Sequence record: MK373775.1 | Length of the DNA stretch: 64,000 nucleotides | Reading direction: 5' to 3' (one strand) | From: Escherichia phage vB_EcoM_WFK | Part shown: piece after piece, positions 41,090 through 50,118 of the stretch | Layout: each line of letters opens with the position of its first letter | Position numbering within the stretch: the stretch's first letter is position 1 | Notes under the pieces: model-generated | Seen by the model: the letters and a program-made list of their open reading frames with translations, nothing else | Database searches by the model: none | Told to the model about the DNA's origin: nothing | Translations under genes and position numbers: made by a program

Positions 41090-43354
41090 TTAAAGCTTAC
41101 AAGCAGAACAATCTTCAGCTTTAGGTGTTTCTAATTCATAGTCATCTGTACCTGACCCATCACGAGTGTTATGATAGTAGAGGTTTTTTCCGCCAAAGTA
41201 CCAGAAGTAAAGCAGATCGTCAAGCATTACCGACATTGGCACTTTACCTTTCTCAAATACTGCAGGGTCATAGTAAGTATTAGCAGAAGCAGATTGGCAC
41301 ACCCATTTCAACATGATAGCAACTTGGGTCAAATAAGGTTTATTACCTTTCTTAGCAAGTTTCCACGCGTAGTCGTAAAGACTCATGTTATGTTCTATAT
41401 TAGGAACAACCTGTCGGAAGTTGCCTTCTTTAGATTCTTTAATACTTACTGGACCGCGTGGGGGCTCAATCCCGTTTGTAGAGTTCGATACTTGACTGCT
41501 TGACTCACAAGGCATGAGTGCAGACAACGTTGAGTTACGAATTCCATGTTCTTTGAGTTCAGCTCGAAGTTCTTCCCAATCACATACGTAGTTCGGGGCT
41601 GCGATTTGGTCAATCTTTTTATTGTACCAGTCGATAGGTAATTCGCCTCTAGACCATTTAGTGTCTGAATAATACTCGCAACATCCTTTTTCTTTGGCGA
41701 GTTTGATTGAAGCTTTGATAAGGCCATATTGCAATCTCTCAAACAATTCATGAGTCAAATCGTTAGCGTCTTCATATGAAGCGAAGTTAGAAGCTAACCA
41801 TGCAGCATAGTTCGTAACACCAACACCAAGATTACGACGCTTTTTGGCTTTTAAAGCTTCTGGAACCGGATAATCTTGATAGTCTAACAGGTTATCAAGT
41901 GCACGTACTTGTACTTCAGCAAGTTCATTAATTTTATCTTGGTCTTGCCAATCAAATTTATCTAACACGAATGCAGATAACGTGCATAAACCAATTTCAG
42001 CATCAGGACCATTCACATCATTAGTTGGAATAGCGATTTCACAACATAAGTTACTCTGACGAATTGGAGCTTTTTCACGAATAAACGGAGTGTAGTTATT
42101 CGTGTTATCAACAAACTGTGGATAAATTCGAGCAGTACCAGAGCGTTCAGTCATGAACAATTCAAAGAGTTCTAGTGCTTTGATTCTTTTCTTTCTGATT
42201 GTTGGGTCTTTTTCAGCTTTCTCATAAAGCTCACGGAATTTATCTTGATCTTCAAAGAACGAGTAGTATAGTTCGCCTGACATTTCGTGAGGGCTAAATA
42301 AAGTAATATAATCATTTTTACCAAGGCGTTCCATCATAAGGTCATTAATCTGAATTCCGTAGTCCATATGTCGAATACGGTTTTCATCCACGCCTTTGTT
42401 ATTTTTCAGAACTAATAGGTTCTCTACTTCTAAGTGCCACATCGGATAATACGCTGTAGCAGCACCACCACGAATACCACCTTGAGAACAAGATTTTACT
42501 GCAGTTTGGAAATGTTTCCAGAATGGAATAACACCCGTATGTCGAACTTCACCCATACCGATCTTAGAACCTTCTGCACGAAGCATACCAACGTTGATAC
42601 CAATACCAGCTCGTTTAGAAATATATTCAATAATTGATGCTGAAGTTTTGTTAATAGATTTTAACGAATCACCGGCTTCAATAACTACACAACTAGAGAA
42701 CTGGCGAGTTGGAGTACGAGCACCTGCCATAATTGGGGTTGGCAATGAAACTTGATGAGTAGAAACGGCATTATAAAAACGAATAATATGTTTCAAACGG
42801 TCATGAGTTTCGTCTTGGTGTAAGGCCATGCCAATAGCCATGATAGCAAACTGGGGAGTTTCATAAATCTTCCCAGTTGTTTTATCTTTAACTAGATATT
42901 TTTCTTTAAGCTGCATAGCACCAGCATAAGTCAGGTCAAAGTCTCGTTCATGTTTAATCTGTGAATCGAGATAAATGATTTCTTCTGCTGAATATTGAGA
43001 CAACAGCTCAGGGTCATATTTGCCTTCATTAACACAATAAGAAATATGGTCGATAAAAGCAGGCGGTTCAAACTGCCCATATACATCTTTACGAAGTGCA
43101 AACATTAGCCCTTTGGCGGCGACATACTGATAATCAGGTTCTTCGACAGAAATCGAGTTAGCTGCAACTTTAATACAAATCTTCTGGATATCTTTGGTGC
43201 TCATCCCGTCGACAAGATGGGTCTTAATTTCTTCATACAATTCATATGGGTCAATTTGTGTTCCTTCACATTGCCAAGTTAAGACTTGAATAATTTTCTG
43301 TGCATCAAAATTTTGGGATACACCTGAATTTTTCACTACTTTAAAATTATACAT
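41090..43354 (-). CDS. nrdA: ribonucleotide reductase large subunit NrdA
   Basis: 754 aa, same as T4 NrdA; C-terminal Cys pair. Confidence 0.95.
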   Translation of the reverse strand: MYNFKVVKNSGVSQNFDAQKIIQVLTWQCEGTQIDPYELYEEIKTHLVDGMSTKDIQKICIKVAANSISVEEPDYQYVAAKGLMFALRKDVYGQFEPPAFIDHISYCVNEGKYDPELLSQYSAEEIIYLDSQIKHERDFDLTYAGAMQLKEKYLVKDKTTGKIYETPQFAIMAIGMALHQDETHDRLKHIIRFYNAVSTHQVSLPTPIMAGARTPTRQFSSCVVIEAGDSLKSINKTSASIIEYISKRAGIGINVGMLRAEGSKIGMGEVRHTGVIPFWKHFQTAVKSCSQGGIRGGAATAYYPMWHLEVENLLVLKNNKGVDENRIRHMDYGIQINDLMMERLGKNDYITLFSPHEMSGELYYSFFEDQDKFRELYEKAEKDPTIRKKRIKALELFELFMTERSGTARIYPQFVDNTNNYTPFIREKAPIRQSNLCCEIAIPTNDVNGPDAEIGLCTLSAFVLDKFDWQDQDKINELAEVQVRALDNLLDYQDYPVPEALKAKKRRNLGVGVTNYAAWLASNFASYEDANDLTHELFERLQYGLIKASIKLAKEKGCCEYYSDTKWSRGELPIDWYNKKIDQIAAPNYVCDWEELRAELKEHGIRNSTLSALMPCESSSQVSNSTNGIEPPRGPVSIKESKEGNFRQVVPNIEHNMSLYDYAWKLAKKGNKPYLTQVAIMLKWVCQSASANTYYDPAVFEKGKVPMSVMLDDLLYFWYFGGKNLYYHNTRDGSGTDDYELETPKAEDCSACKL

Positions 43355-43994
43355 AATAATTCCATGTTGGATAATTTGATGATTTTAGCCGGCGTCTAAC
43401 CGTTTGGGTGCTCATAGATAAAACTATTGACGCTTCATTTAATGTATCATATATTACGTCGTTTATAATTACTTTCTTTGCAAATGGATTCTTGGCTCCT
43501 ATCATAGCATTAGAAATAGCTTGCTTAGTTGATTCTTTTAATGGGACTCCTTTAGAAATTTTTGTTTTAATTTTTATATTGTATTGTCCGCGTTTTTTAC
43601 CTAATAAAGAATTTCGTATCTTTTCTTTAGTCTCTTCAGATTTAACATGTCCTAGTTTGGAACGAGATATTTTATCTTTTGTTTTTTGGTCTAATTTTCG
43701 CCCTTTAAGCAAATCAACCATTTTTGCTCTAGCCCATCCAAATTCTTTATTATTTCTAGAACTCATTAAATTAACCGCGGTTGCTAAACCTAAATTGTTC
43801 GGATATATTTTTAATAAAAGAAGATGAGCCAAATAATGTTCTGAATATGTTAATTTAACTAGATTGTATGACTCATTGGTGCCACCTAAACATTTTGGGA
43901 TTATATGATGCCATTCACCATCTATATCTTCAAAATTTCTTTCTTTATTTACCAAGTTTTTATATATTTTTAAATAATCCATAGTATAATCCAC
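43347..43994 (-). CDS. free-standing HNH homing endonuclease (Mob-like)
   Basis: 215 aa; HNH motif EWHHIIPKCLGGTNESYN..H; NUMOD-like basic repeats; overlaps nrdA start by 8 nt. Confidence 0.8.
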   Translation of the reverse strand: MDYTMDYLKIYKNLVNKERNFEDIDGEWHHIIPKCLGGTNESYNLVKLTYSEHYLAHLLLLKIYPNNLGLATAVNLMSSRNNKEFGWARAKMVDLLKGRKLDQKTKDKISRSKLGHVKSEETKEKIRNSLLGKKRGQYNIKIKTKISKGVPLKESTKQAISNAMIGAKNPFAKKVIINDVIYDTLNEASIVLSMSTQTVRRRLKSSNYPTWNYYV

Positions 43995-44057
43995 TTTGTA
44001 GTATCAACGGGATAGTATTTATCCCGTTAATTTATTATACACTTTTAAACTGAAGCG

Positions 44058-44312
44058 TTAATTATCCACAGCAATAATTTCTTCATATTCTTTAGGTGTC
44101 AAGACTGTGATATTGAAATAAACCAACGGTTCTTTTTCTATACCGAATCCACCACAAAATTCACGATATTCATAAATTCGTTCATGTGAATAGCAAATGA
44201 ATCGTTCACCTTTAACTGTGATTTCACTATTCGGTGAAGGGATATCTAGTTCGGTAGGATTTTTCATTTCAAAAATTGTGGTGCCATATGAATTAATAAA
44301 ACGTAAAATCAT
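44058..44312 (-). CDS. hypothetical protein (84 aa)
   Basis: ORF abutting td stop. Confidence 0.45.
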   Translation of the reverse strand: MILRFINSYGTTIFEMKNPTELDIPSPNSEITVKGERFICYSHERIYEYREFCGGFGIEKEPLVYFNITVLTPKEYEEIIAVDN

Positions 44313-45173
44313 TTATACCGCCATTTTAGCTTTGATAGTTGGATGAGATTCATAATTTTTAAGAACGAAATCAGAATGTGTCATAGTTCCAGTAACCCAG
44401 TCCATTTGGATTTTTGTAGGCCAATTCTCAAAATTACTAGGCCAATTAATTTCAAGAGAACATAACTCTTTAGGTTCACGACGAAGAACTTCTTTGCATT
44501 GTTCTATATGATTGCTGTAGATATGCGTGTTGCCGCCTGAGAACACTAAATCACCTGGGATAAGATTACACATCTTAGCCACAATATGCGTCAAGGCAGC
44601 GTACGAGGCAATGTTGAATGGCAATCCCAAGAAAACATCTACACTGCGTTGATACCATTGTAAATCAAGATGCCCATTACGCACATTAAATTGATAGAAC
44701 ATATGACAAGGAGGAAGAGCCATTTGGTCAATTTCGGCCGGGTTCCATGCAGAAACTATTTGACGACGATCATTAGGAAGAGCTTTAATACGGTCGATAG
44801 TTTTGTCCAATTGGTCTACACCACCAAAATCACGCCATTGCTTACCATAAATAGGACCAAGTTCGCCGCTATGATACCCAAGGTCTTTTGCCTGATTTTC
44901 ATAGTTGTCGTCCCAAATAGTTTTACCTTGAATAAGACTACCATGAGTACGAATACGCAAATCATTAACATTGGTAGAACCAGACATGAACCACAGTAAC
45001 TCGGCAATACAAGCTTTCCACGCTAATTTCTTAGTTGTTACCGCAGGGAATCCTTTAGTCAGATCCCAACGTAATTTAGTTCCGAACAGGGCAATTGTTC
45101 CTGTGCCTGTACGGTCGTCTGTTTCGTAGCCATTTTCTAGGATATCATTAATCAGGTATTGGTATTGTTTCAT
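44313..45173 (-). CDS. td: thymidylate synthase (intron-less)
   Basis: 286 aa contiguous; active-site LPPCH; unlike T4, no group I intron. Confidence 0.95.
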   Translation of the reverse strand: MKQYQYLINDILENGYETDDRTGTGTIALFGTKLRWDLTKGFPAVTTKKLAWKACIAELLWFMSGSTNVNDLRIRTHGSLIQGKTIWDDNYENQAKDLGYHSGELGPIYGKQWRDFGGVDQLDKTIDRIKALPNDRRQIVSAWNPAEIDQMALPPCHMFYQFNVRNGHLDLQWYQRSVDVFLGLPFNIASYAALTHIVAKMCNLIPGDLVFSGGNTHIYSNHIEQCKEVLRREPKELCSLEINWPSNFENWPTKIQMDWVTGTMTHSDFVLKNYESHPTIKAKMAV

Positions 45174-45757
45174 TTATATACGCTCTCAGTAATTTCGGTG
45201 AGTTCATCGATTCTGTAGTAATGAGATTCTACCATAGAACGTTGAAGCATAATATCTTGGACGAAATCTTTATCAAGTTGAACATCGGAATTAACACGAC
45301 ATTTCTTAATGATTTTAGTCATCACGATTTCATCGGCATAAGGCAGTGCTTGTTTTAATAGAGCAGGACCGCCGATAACAGATACATTAACATGTTCAGT
45401 AGAAAGTTTAAACGGTACATCAGTTGCAGGGCTAAACAGGTTAATTTCACCACCTGTTACCAAGGTAATAAATTCAGATTGGGTGATATAGAACCGTGCA
45501 AGTTCATCAGTTTTAGTCCTAGGCAGTTTTCTGGCCATATCAGTGACAACCACATGAGTACGATCTGGGAGTAGACGAGGTAATGATGCAAAAGTCTTAG
45601 CACCCATAACCATTACAGTGTTTTTAGTGCGAGCAACAAAGTTACTCATATCTTGTTTGATATGCTTCCATGGAAGTCCATCACCTAATCCAAAAGCATA
45701 TTCCAGTTTATCATCAACTGTTTTAGATGGTGCGCATGCGAATACTAATTTAAGCAT
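45170..45757 (-). CDS. frd: dihydrofolate reductase
   Basis: 195 aa; DHFR N-terminal motifs; 4-nt overlap with td. Confidence 0.9.
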   Translation of the reverse strand: MLKLVFACAPSKTVDDKLEYAFGLGDGLPWKHIKQDMSNFVARTKNTVMVMGAKTFASLPRLLPDRTHVVVTDMARKLPRTKTDELARFYITQSEFITLVTGGEINLFSPATDVPFKLSTEHVNVSVIGGPALLKQALPYADEIVMTKIIKKCRVNSDVQLDKDFVQDIMLQRSMVESHYYRIDELTEITESVYK

Positions 45758-45758
45758 T

Positions 45759-45998
45759 TTTAAGTCCTTTAATAACTTTTTGGATTTGTGATTTAGACGA
45801 AACTAGTTCTGTCTGAATTTCCAAACCATCGGTTTGGTCAAATGTTGTAACACAAACACGAGGTTTTGTTGTGTATCATCCAGACAAATCAAATGCATCA
45901 CCAATGAATTCGGCCAAATCCGGATGGTCTAAATTAACTGAAGTATAAACTTCATATCCGACATCAGCGCCTTGAGAGTATTCAACAACAACATTCAT
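45759..45998 (-). pseudogene. frd.1-position ORF interrupted by in-frame TGA (40 codons, stop, 39 further open codons)
   Basis: ATG with GAGGA RBS; TGA at 45876-45878; frame stays open to frd start. Confidence 0.3.
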
Positions 45999-46000
45999 AA

Positions 46001-46249
46001 TTATTTCCTCAGATTTTTCTTAACAACTTTCCAATCGGCTTTGAACATTTCAACATCAGAGTGGCAAATCCAGAATCCTGCACTTTCACCATCTTCGTAG
46101 AGTGGACATCCATCACATTCTTCGTTCCAACCCATTTCGCGTAAAGCTTCTTCAGCTTGTTCAAGGAGTTCAGCATCTTTACCAACGATGTTGAAGTACC
46201 ATTTACCTCTAACTTCAGAATCTTTGATGCTCTGTCGTTGCAATCTCAT
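46001..46249 (-). CDS. hypothetical protein (82 aa)
   Basis: Start at internal ATG with AAGGAG RBS; early promoter upstream. Confidence 0.45.
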   Translation of the reverse strand: MRLQRQSIKDSEVRGKWYFNIVGKDAELLEQAEEALREMGWNEECDGCPLYEDGESAGFWICHSDVEMFKADWKVVKKNLRK

Positions 46250-46311
46250 TTTATTCTCCTTCACTTTTGATTTGATAGGGCTACTATAACATAACCCTAT
46301 CTGATTGTACA

Positions 46312-46704
46312 CTACTTTTTAAAAGTTTTTTGCAAAAGTTCGATGATTTCGTCGACGTTGGTTTCATCTACGATACAATGGATTTTTGTTACACCTAAAG
46401 CTATACCTTCGTTAGTAGGTTGAGGCTTTACTATATCTACCTCAGTAAAGTATTTGAACTCGTCAGGATAAATCTCAAAATAAGTTTCAATTTCACCACC
46501 GGCAGAACATACAGTACCATCTTCCATAGTTACACTTACTACGTTTGACGTATCGCTATCATAATCAGGTTCCATTCCGTTTACAACAAAACTAGGCCCG
46601 TGAAGTTCAATCAATTTTAACATCTTAGCGTTATTGTGTGGTGCTTCTTGAACAAAGTCATCTTTAAATAAAGGGTTAATGATATAAGATTTTCCGATTT
46701 CCAT
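46312..46704 (-). CDS. hypothetical protein (130 aa)
   Basis: ATG start; early promoter upstream; first gene after gene 32 terminator. Confidence 0.5.
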   Translation of the reverse strand: MEIGKSYIINPLFKDDFVQEAPHNNAKMLKLIELHGPSFVVNGMEPDYDSDTSNVVSVTMEDGTVCSAGGEIETYFEIYPDEFKYFTEVDIVKPQPTNEGIALGVTKIHCIVDETNVDEIIELLQKTFKK

Positions 46705-46733
46705 TTTGATTTCCTCATGTTGTTGATAGGTCT

Positions 46734-46762
46734 ATACTAACACATCCAGGGAAGAAGTAAAC
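46734..46762 (-). promoter_or_regulatory. T4-type early promoter
   Basis: GTTTAC, 17-nt spacer, TAGTAT. Confidence 0.5.
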
Positions 46763-46793
46763 AACTTTTTCGGCAATTTACAGATACTCAAAA

Positions 46794-46811
46794 GGGAGAC
46801 CGAAGTCTCCC
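46794..46811 (-). terminator. terminator after gene 32
   Basis: GGGAGAC-cgaa-GTCTCCC, identical to copy at 30066. Confidence 0.6.
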
Positions 46812-46817
46812 AATTTA

Positions 46818-47720
46818 TTATAAACCAGCTAACAGGTCATCGAGGTCGCCATCATCAGAGGATGAGGTAGAGCTCATGAAGTCATCTTCAGTTTTTGCAG
46901 AACTAAAGGCTTCCATGTCTTTATCAAAATCGTCAAGGTCAGAAGCAACTTTATCTGCAACAGAAGCTGCTGCGGCTGCTGCACCACCAAGAGCGGCAGT
47001 ACCAAGAACCTTAGCGAAAGATTCATTTAATTTTTCAAAGGATTTGAACTGGTCTTTAGCCGTCAAAGTAGTAAGGTCTACCATCTGGTCATATAGTTCT
47101 TTCTGGAATGCTTCATCATTAATACGAGGAATTTCAGATTGACCCAAGAATTTAGATTCGTCATAGTTGCTAAAACCGGAAACCTGCTTAGCTTTCAGAA
47201 CGAAGTTGGCACCTTCAAACGGACAAGTAACATCAACTGGAGTTTCACCCATTTCGGTATCAACAGCAATCATTGCATTGATTTTGTCCCAAATCTTTTT
47301 ACCGAAACGATATTTAAATACTTTACCTTCGTTATCTGGAGCTTGAGGGTCTTTAACAACCAGAATATTAGCCCAATAAGAAGTTTTACGTTTCAGTTGA
47401 GAATATTCATTTTTGTTGGTATTGTACAGGTCATTTTTACTAATGTACTGACATACAGGACAAGAGTCATAATCACCATGTGTAGAAGAGCAATTTTCAA
47501 TATACCATTTACCATTTTTCTTGAAACCGTGGTTAACAAGAATTGCAAATGGTAGTGCATCATCAGTTTTTGCTGGCAAGAAACGAATTACCGCTTGACC
47601 ATTACCGGATGCATCTAGCTTCAGCTTCCATTCGCCTTTATCTTCTGAAGAGAAACCTTTGTTACCATTCAGTTTAGCCATTTGAGCAGCGAGGTCAGCA
47701 GTAGATTTACGTTTAAACAT
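46818..47720 (-). CDS. 32: single-stranded DNA-binding protein gp32
   Basis: 300 aa; zinc-binding H..C..C..C region; acidic Ala/Ser-rich C-terminus. Confidence 0.95.
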   Translation of the reverse strand: MFKRKSTADLAAQMAKLNGNKGFSSEDKGEWKLKLDASGNGQAVIRFLPAKTDDALPFAILVNHGFKKNGKWYIENCSSTHGDYDSCPVCQYISKNDLYNTNKNEYSQLKRKTSYWANILVVKDPQAPDNEGKVFKYRFGKKIWDKINAMIAVDTEMGETPVDVTCPFEGANFVLKAKQVSGFSNYDESKFLGQSEIPRINDEAFQKELYDQMVDLTTLTAKDQFKSFEKLNESFAKVLGTAALGGAAAAAASVADKVASDLDDFDKDMEAFSSAKTEDDFMSSTSSSDDGDLDDLLAGL

Positions 47721-47791
47721 GGATTATTACCTTTTATTTAGATTATTTAATTTATTTACAGTTGGTTGCTACGACACTTATACCTCGTAGC
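47721..47791 (-). promoter_or_regulatory. gene 32 mRNA leader: candidate translational operator (hairpin plus A/U-rich tract)
   Basis: 7-bp stem at 47768-47791 then UAAAUAAAUUAAAUAAUCUAAAUAAAAGG before ATG. Confidence 0.5.
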
Positions 47792-47838
47792 TGGTATGTT
47801 TTATTTATACGGTAATTCTAACACAGATAAAATAAAGC

Positions 47839-48492
47839 TTAATACTTACATGATTTGATTGTTTCTATGAACAATTTCTTAGCAGCATTTCCATCGATTT
47901 GAAGTATTTTTCGATATGCCTTTAATTTGATAGAATAATTTTGCCAGACTAAGTTATCGGTGAGTTCGTCGTGCTTATTTATAATATTCAAAAACGAGTC
48001 CAACAATAAGAAAGTCTCAAATGAAATTATATTGCTTTGTAGCAATTTGAATATGTAGCTCGACTGAACGTTGTTATTATAATCAAATATCTCTTGAAGC
48101 GCACTAACTTCAACTTTCTTACTGAAATAGTAGATGTTGCGTACGTCTTCAGCAAACGTCTCTTTAGCTTGTTTGAGACGTCCAATATATTCCCTATAGA
48201 AAACTAATGCATCAGCGTCTGATATCTCACCAATCCATGCGTCTTGGTTAGCAACTAAGTTGCTTATGAATATCAAGGTGAGTTCCTTCAATTTATATTT
48301 CTCTGCTAGTTTTTCAAAGAAATATTTATCTCGGCGTTTTTGATACGCATTATCCGAAACACGCATGCACCAGTTATATTTGATTACGTCATACCGACCA
48401 TTAAAATGTTGTTTGCACATCAAGTATAGTTTGTATACCGATTTTCCGTTAATATAACGTTCTCCATCAGGAGGCATGCGTATTTTAATCAT
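47839..48492 (-). CDS. 59: helicase loader gp59
   Basis: 217 aa, same as T4 gp59. Confidence 0.9.
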   Translation of the reverse strand: MIKIRMPPDGERYINGKSVYKLYLMCKQHFNGRYDVIKYNWCMRVSDNAYQKRRDKYFFEKLAEKYKLKELTLIFISNLVANQDAWIGEISDADALVFYREYIGRLKQAKETFAEDVRNIYYFSKKVEVSALQEIFDYNNNVQSSYIFKLLQSNIISFETFLLLDSFLNIINKHDELTDNLVWQNYSIKLKAYRKILQIDGNAAKKLFIETIKSCKY

Positions 48493-48827
48493 AATAAGAA
48501 ATCTAACGTATTAGTTTTTTCACCACGAGCAACTGATGGGCGAAGCATGTTTTCGTCAATTGCTTCGCTTGTAATTTTTTCAACAATTCCTGTAGGAATA
48601 AATTTAGCAAATTGTGTTTCTGGAATAGAATTTTCTTCCAAGAAAGCAGTTGTTGCTTCTAAATAAGACATACCAAATTGTTCAACCATGGATTCGATAA
48701 TGAATCCGTTTTCTTGTCGGTCAAGCAATTTAGCGATATCATCTTTATCGTGTTTTACTGCTAATTCTTGTTCAGATAAACCGGCCTCATCAACCGGTTT
48801 AATATCACTTAGTGAAAACTGTGTCAT
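48489..48827 (-). CDS. 33: late transcription co-activator gp33
   Basis: 112 aa, same as T4 gp33. Confidence 0.8.
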   Translation of the reverse strand: MTQFSLSDIKPVDEAGLSEQELAVKHDKDDIAKLLDRQENGFIIESMVEQFGMSYLEATTAFLEENSIPETQFAKFIPTGIVEKITSEAIDENMLRPSVARGEKTNTLDFLL

Positions 48828-49074
48828 AAAGCTCGACTACCTCTTCATTTTCAGCTTCAAATTGATCACGAGCGTCTTTATGATAAAGAGCTAACAAACG
48901 ATTAAACATTTTTCCATCGACACCAAGCTCTTCTTTAGCACGAGTACGAATGTCTTTAATCAGTTCATTATAACCAGAAATTTTAAGTTTGTTATCGGAA
49001 GCTTCCTTGACTAGTTTAGCCAGTTCTTCACCGTGCACATCTTGATTAAATTCAACTGCTTCTTTCTTAGCCAT
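48805..49074 (-). CDS. dsbA: dsDNA-binding protein DsbA
   Basis: 89 aa from internal ATG (MAKKEAVEF...), same length as T4 DsbA. Confidence 0.8.
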   Translation of the reverse strand: MAKKEAVEFNQDVHGEELAKLVKEASDNKLKISGYNELIKDIRTRAKEELGVDGKMFNRLLALYHKDARDQFEAENEEVVELYDTVFTK

Positions 49075-49081
49075 GTTTACC

Positions 49082-49999
49082 TCAGAATTCATTAATTACA
49101 CTTGTTAATTTAGAAAGACCAGATTTTACAAAGTATGAATAAATCTTGCCTTTAGGTTGTTGTTTATATGAGTTATAATACTCTATAATGGTTGAAGCAA
49201 TATTATCAGGGATATAATCAAAATCAATGAGAACCAAATTTTCTTGATACCGTTTATATTCTTCAGCACTTAATAATACTTCAGCTTGAGAACGGTCATT
49301 GGCAATTGCTTCAATAATCGATGTTTTCATACTCGGAGTTCGTTCACCATCAACTCTGGTAAACCAGAAGTCGCCACGAACTCGAACAGATGCAACACCA
49401 TCCTTACGGTCACCTTTAAGAATTTTAGTCATGCAATCAATTTCAGCAGAACCATTCTTAATTTTAACCCATTTTTTCTGTGGTGGCGACCACTGTTTAA
49501 CGTTAGGATATTTGTGTAATTGTGTAAAGTCACCATCTGATGCAACAATACATACTTTATGTCCAGCTAATGACAAATATTTAGTTAATACACCGATATG
49601 GTCATCCGCTTCATACTTGTCAATATCCATTACAACGTATGGCATGTATTTCTTAATCTCATCAACAACTTGATGGAGTGCAGTAAAATATCCTTCCCAA
49701 TCCCACTTTGAAGCTTCACGATCGGTTTTACGATTTTTCTTGTAATAGTAAGCAAAGTCACGACGCCAATAACCCGAAGTAGCATTATCCATACACAATA
49801 CAAATTTTGTATAGCCTTGCTTACGGAACATCACTACGTTTTTACGAATTGAATTCAAGATTACATGGCGAACCATCGGAACGGTAATTTTATCGCCGTC
49901 TTCAAAGTTGTTTAATGCGGCTGCCAATGCAATGTTACTAAAGTCAGCAAGTGCAATACCTTCTTTGTAATCTTCATCCAACATCATTTCTAAATCCAT
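49082..49999 (-). CDS. rnh: RNase H (5'-3' exonuclease, FEN family)
   Basis: 305 aa, same as T4 RNase H; early promoter upstream. Confidence 0.9.
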   Translation of the reverse strand: MDLEMMLDEDYKEGIALADFSNIALAAALNNFEDGDKITVPMVRHVILNSIRKNVVMFRKQGYTKFVLCMDNATSGYWRRDFAYYYKKNRKTDREASKWDWEGYFTALHQVVDEIKKYMPYVVMDIDKYEADDHIGVLTKYLSLAGHKVCIVASDGDFTQLHKYPNVKQWSPPQKKWVKIKNGSAEIDCMTKILKGDRKDGVASVRVRGDFWFTRVDGERTPSMKTSIIEAIANDRSQAEVLLSAEEYKRYQENLVLIDFDYIPDNIASTIIEYYNSYKQQPKGKIYSYFVKSGLSKLTSVINEF

Positions 50000-50031
50000 A
50001 TGAACCTCTTGTTCAGTTAGTCAACTTGTCT

Positions 50032-50060
50032 ATAGTAACACACTCATTTGAAAGCGTAAA
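50032..50060 (-). promoter_or_regulatory. T4-type early promoter (rnh)
   Basis: TTTACG, 17-nt spacer, TACTAT. Confidence 0.45.
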
Positions 50061-50076
50061 TAGTCTTTTACTCATT

Positions 50077-50084
50077 TATAAATA
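50077..50084 (+). promoter_or_regulatory. late promoter TATAAATA (gene 34)
   Basis: Exact TATAAATA 35 nt upstream of ATG. Confidence 0.65.
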
Positions 50085-50118
50085 GTAAAATAGAACACAT
50101 AATGATAAGAGGACTACC

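Noticed and set aside
41171-42637. Antisense ORFs inside nrdA (41171-41503 plus, 41446-41751 minus, 42434-42637 plus)
   Set aside because: Embedded in the 754-aa NrdA gene, which has strong length and synteny support.
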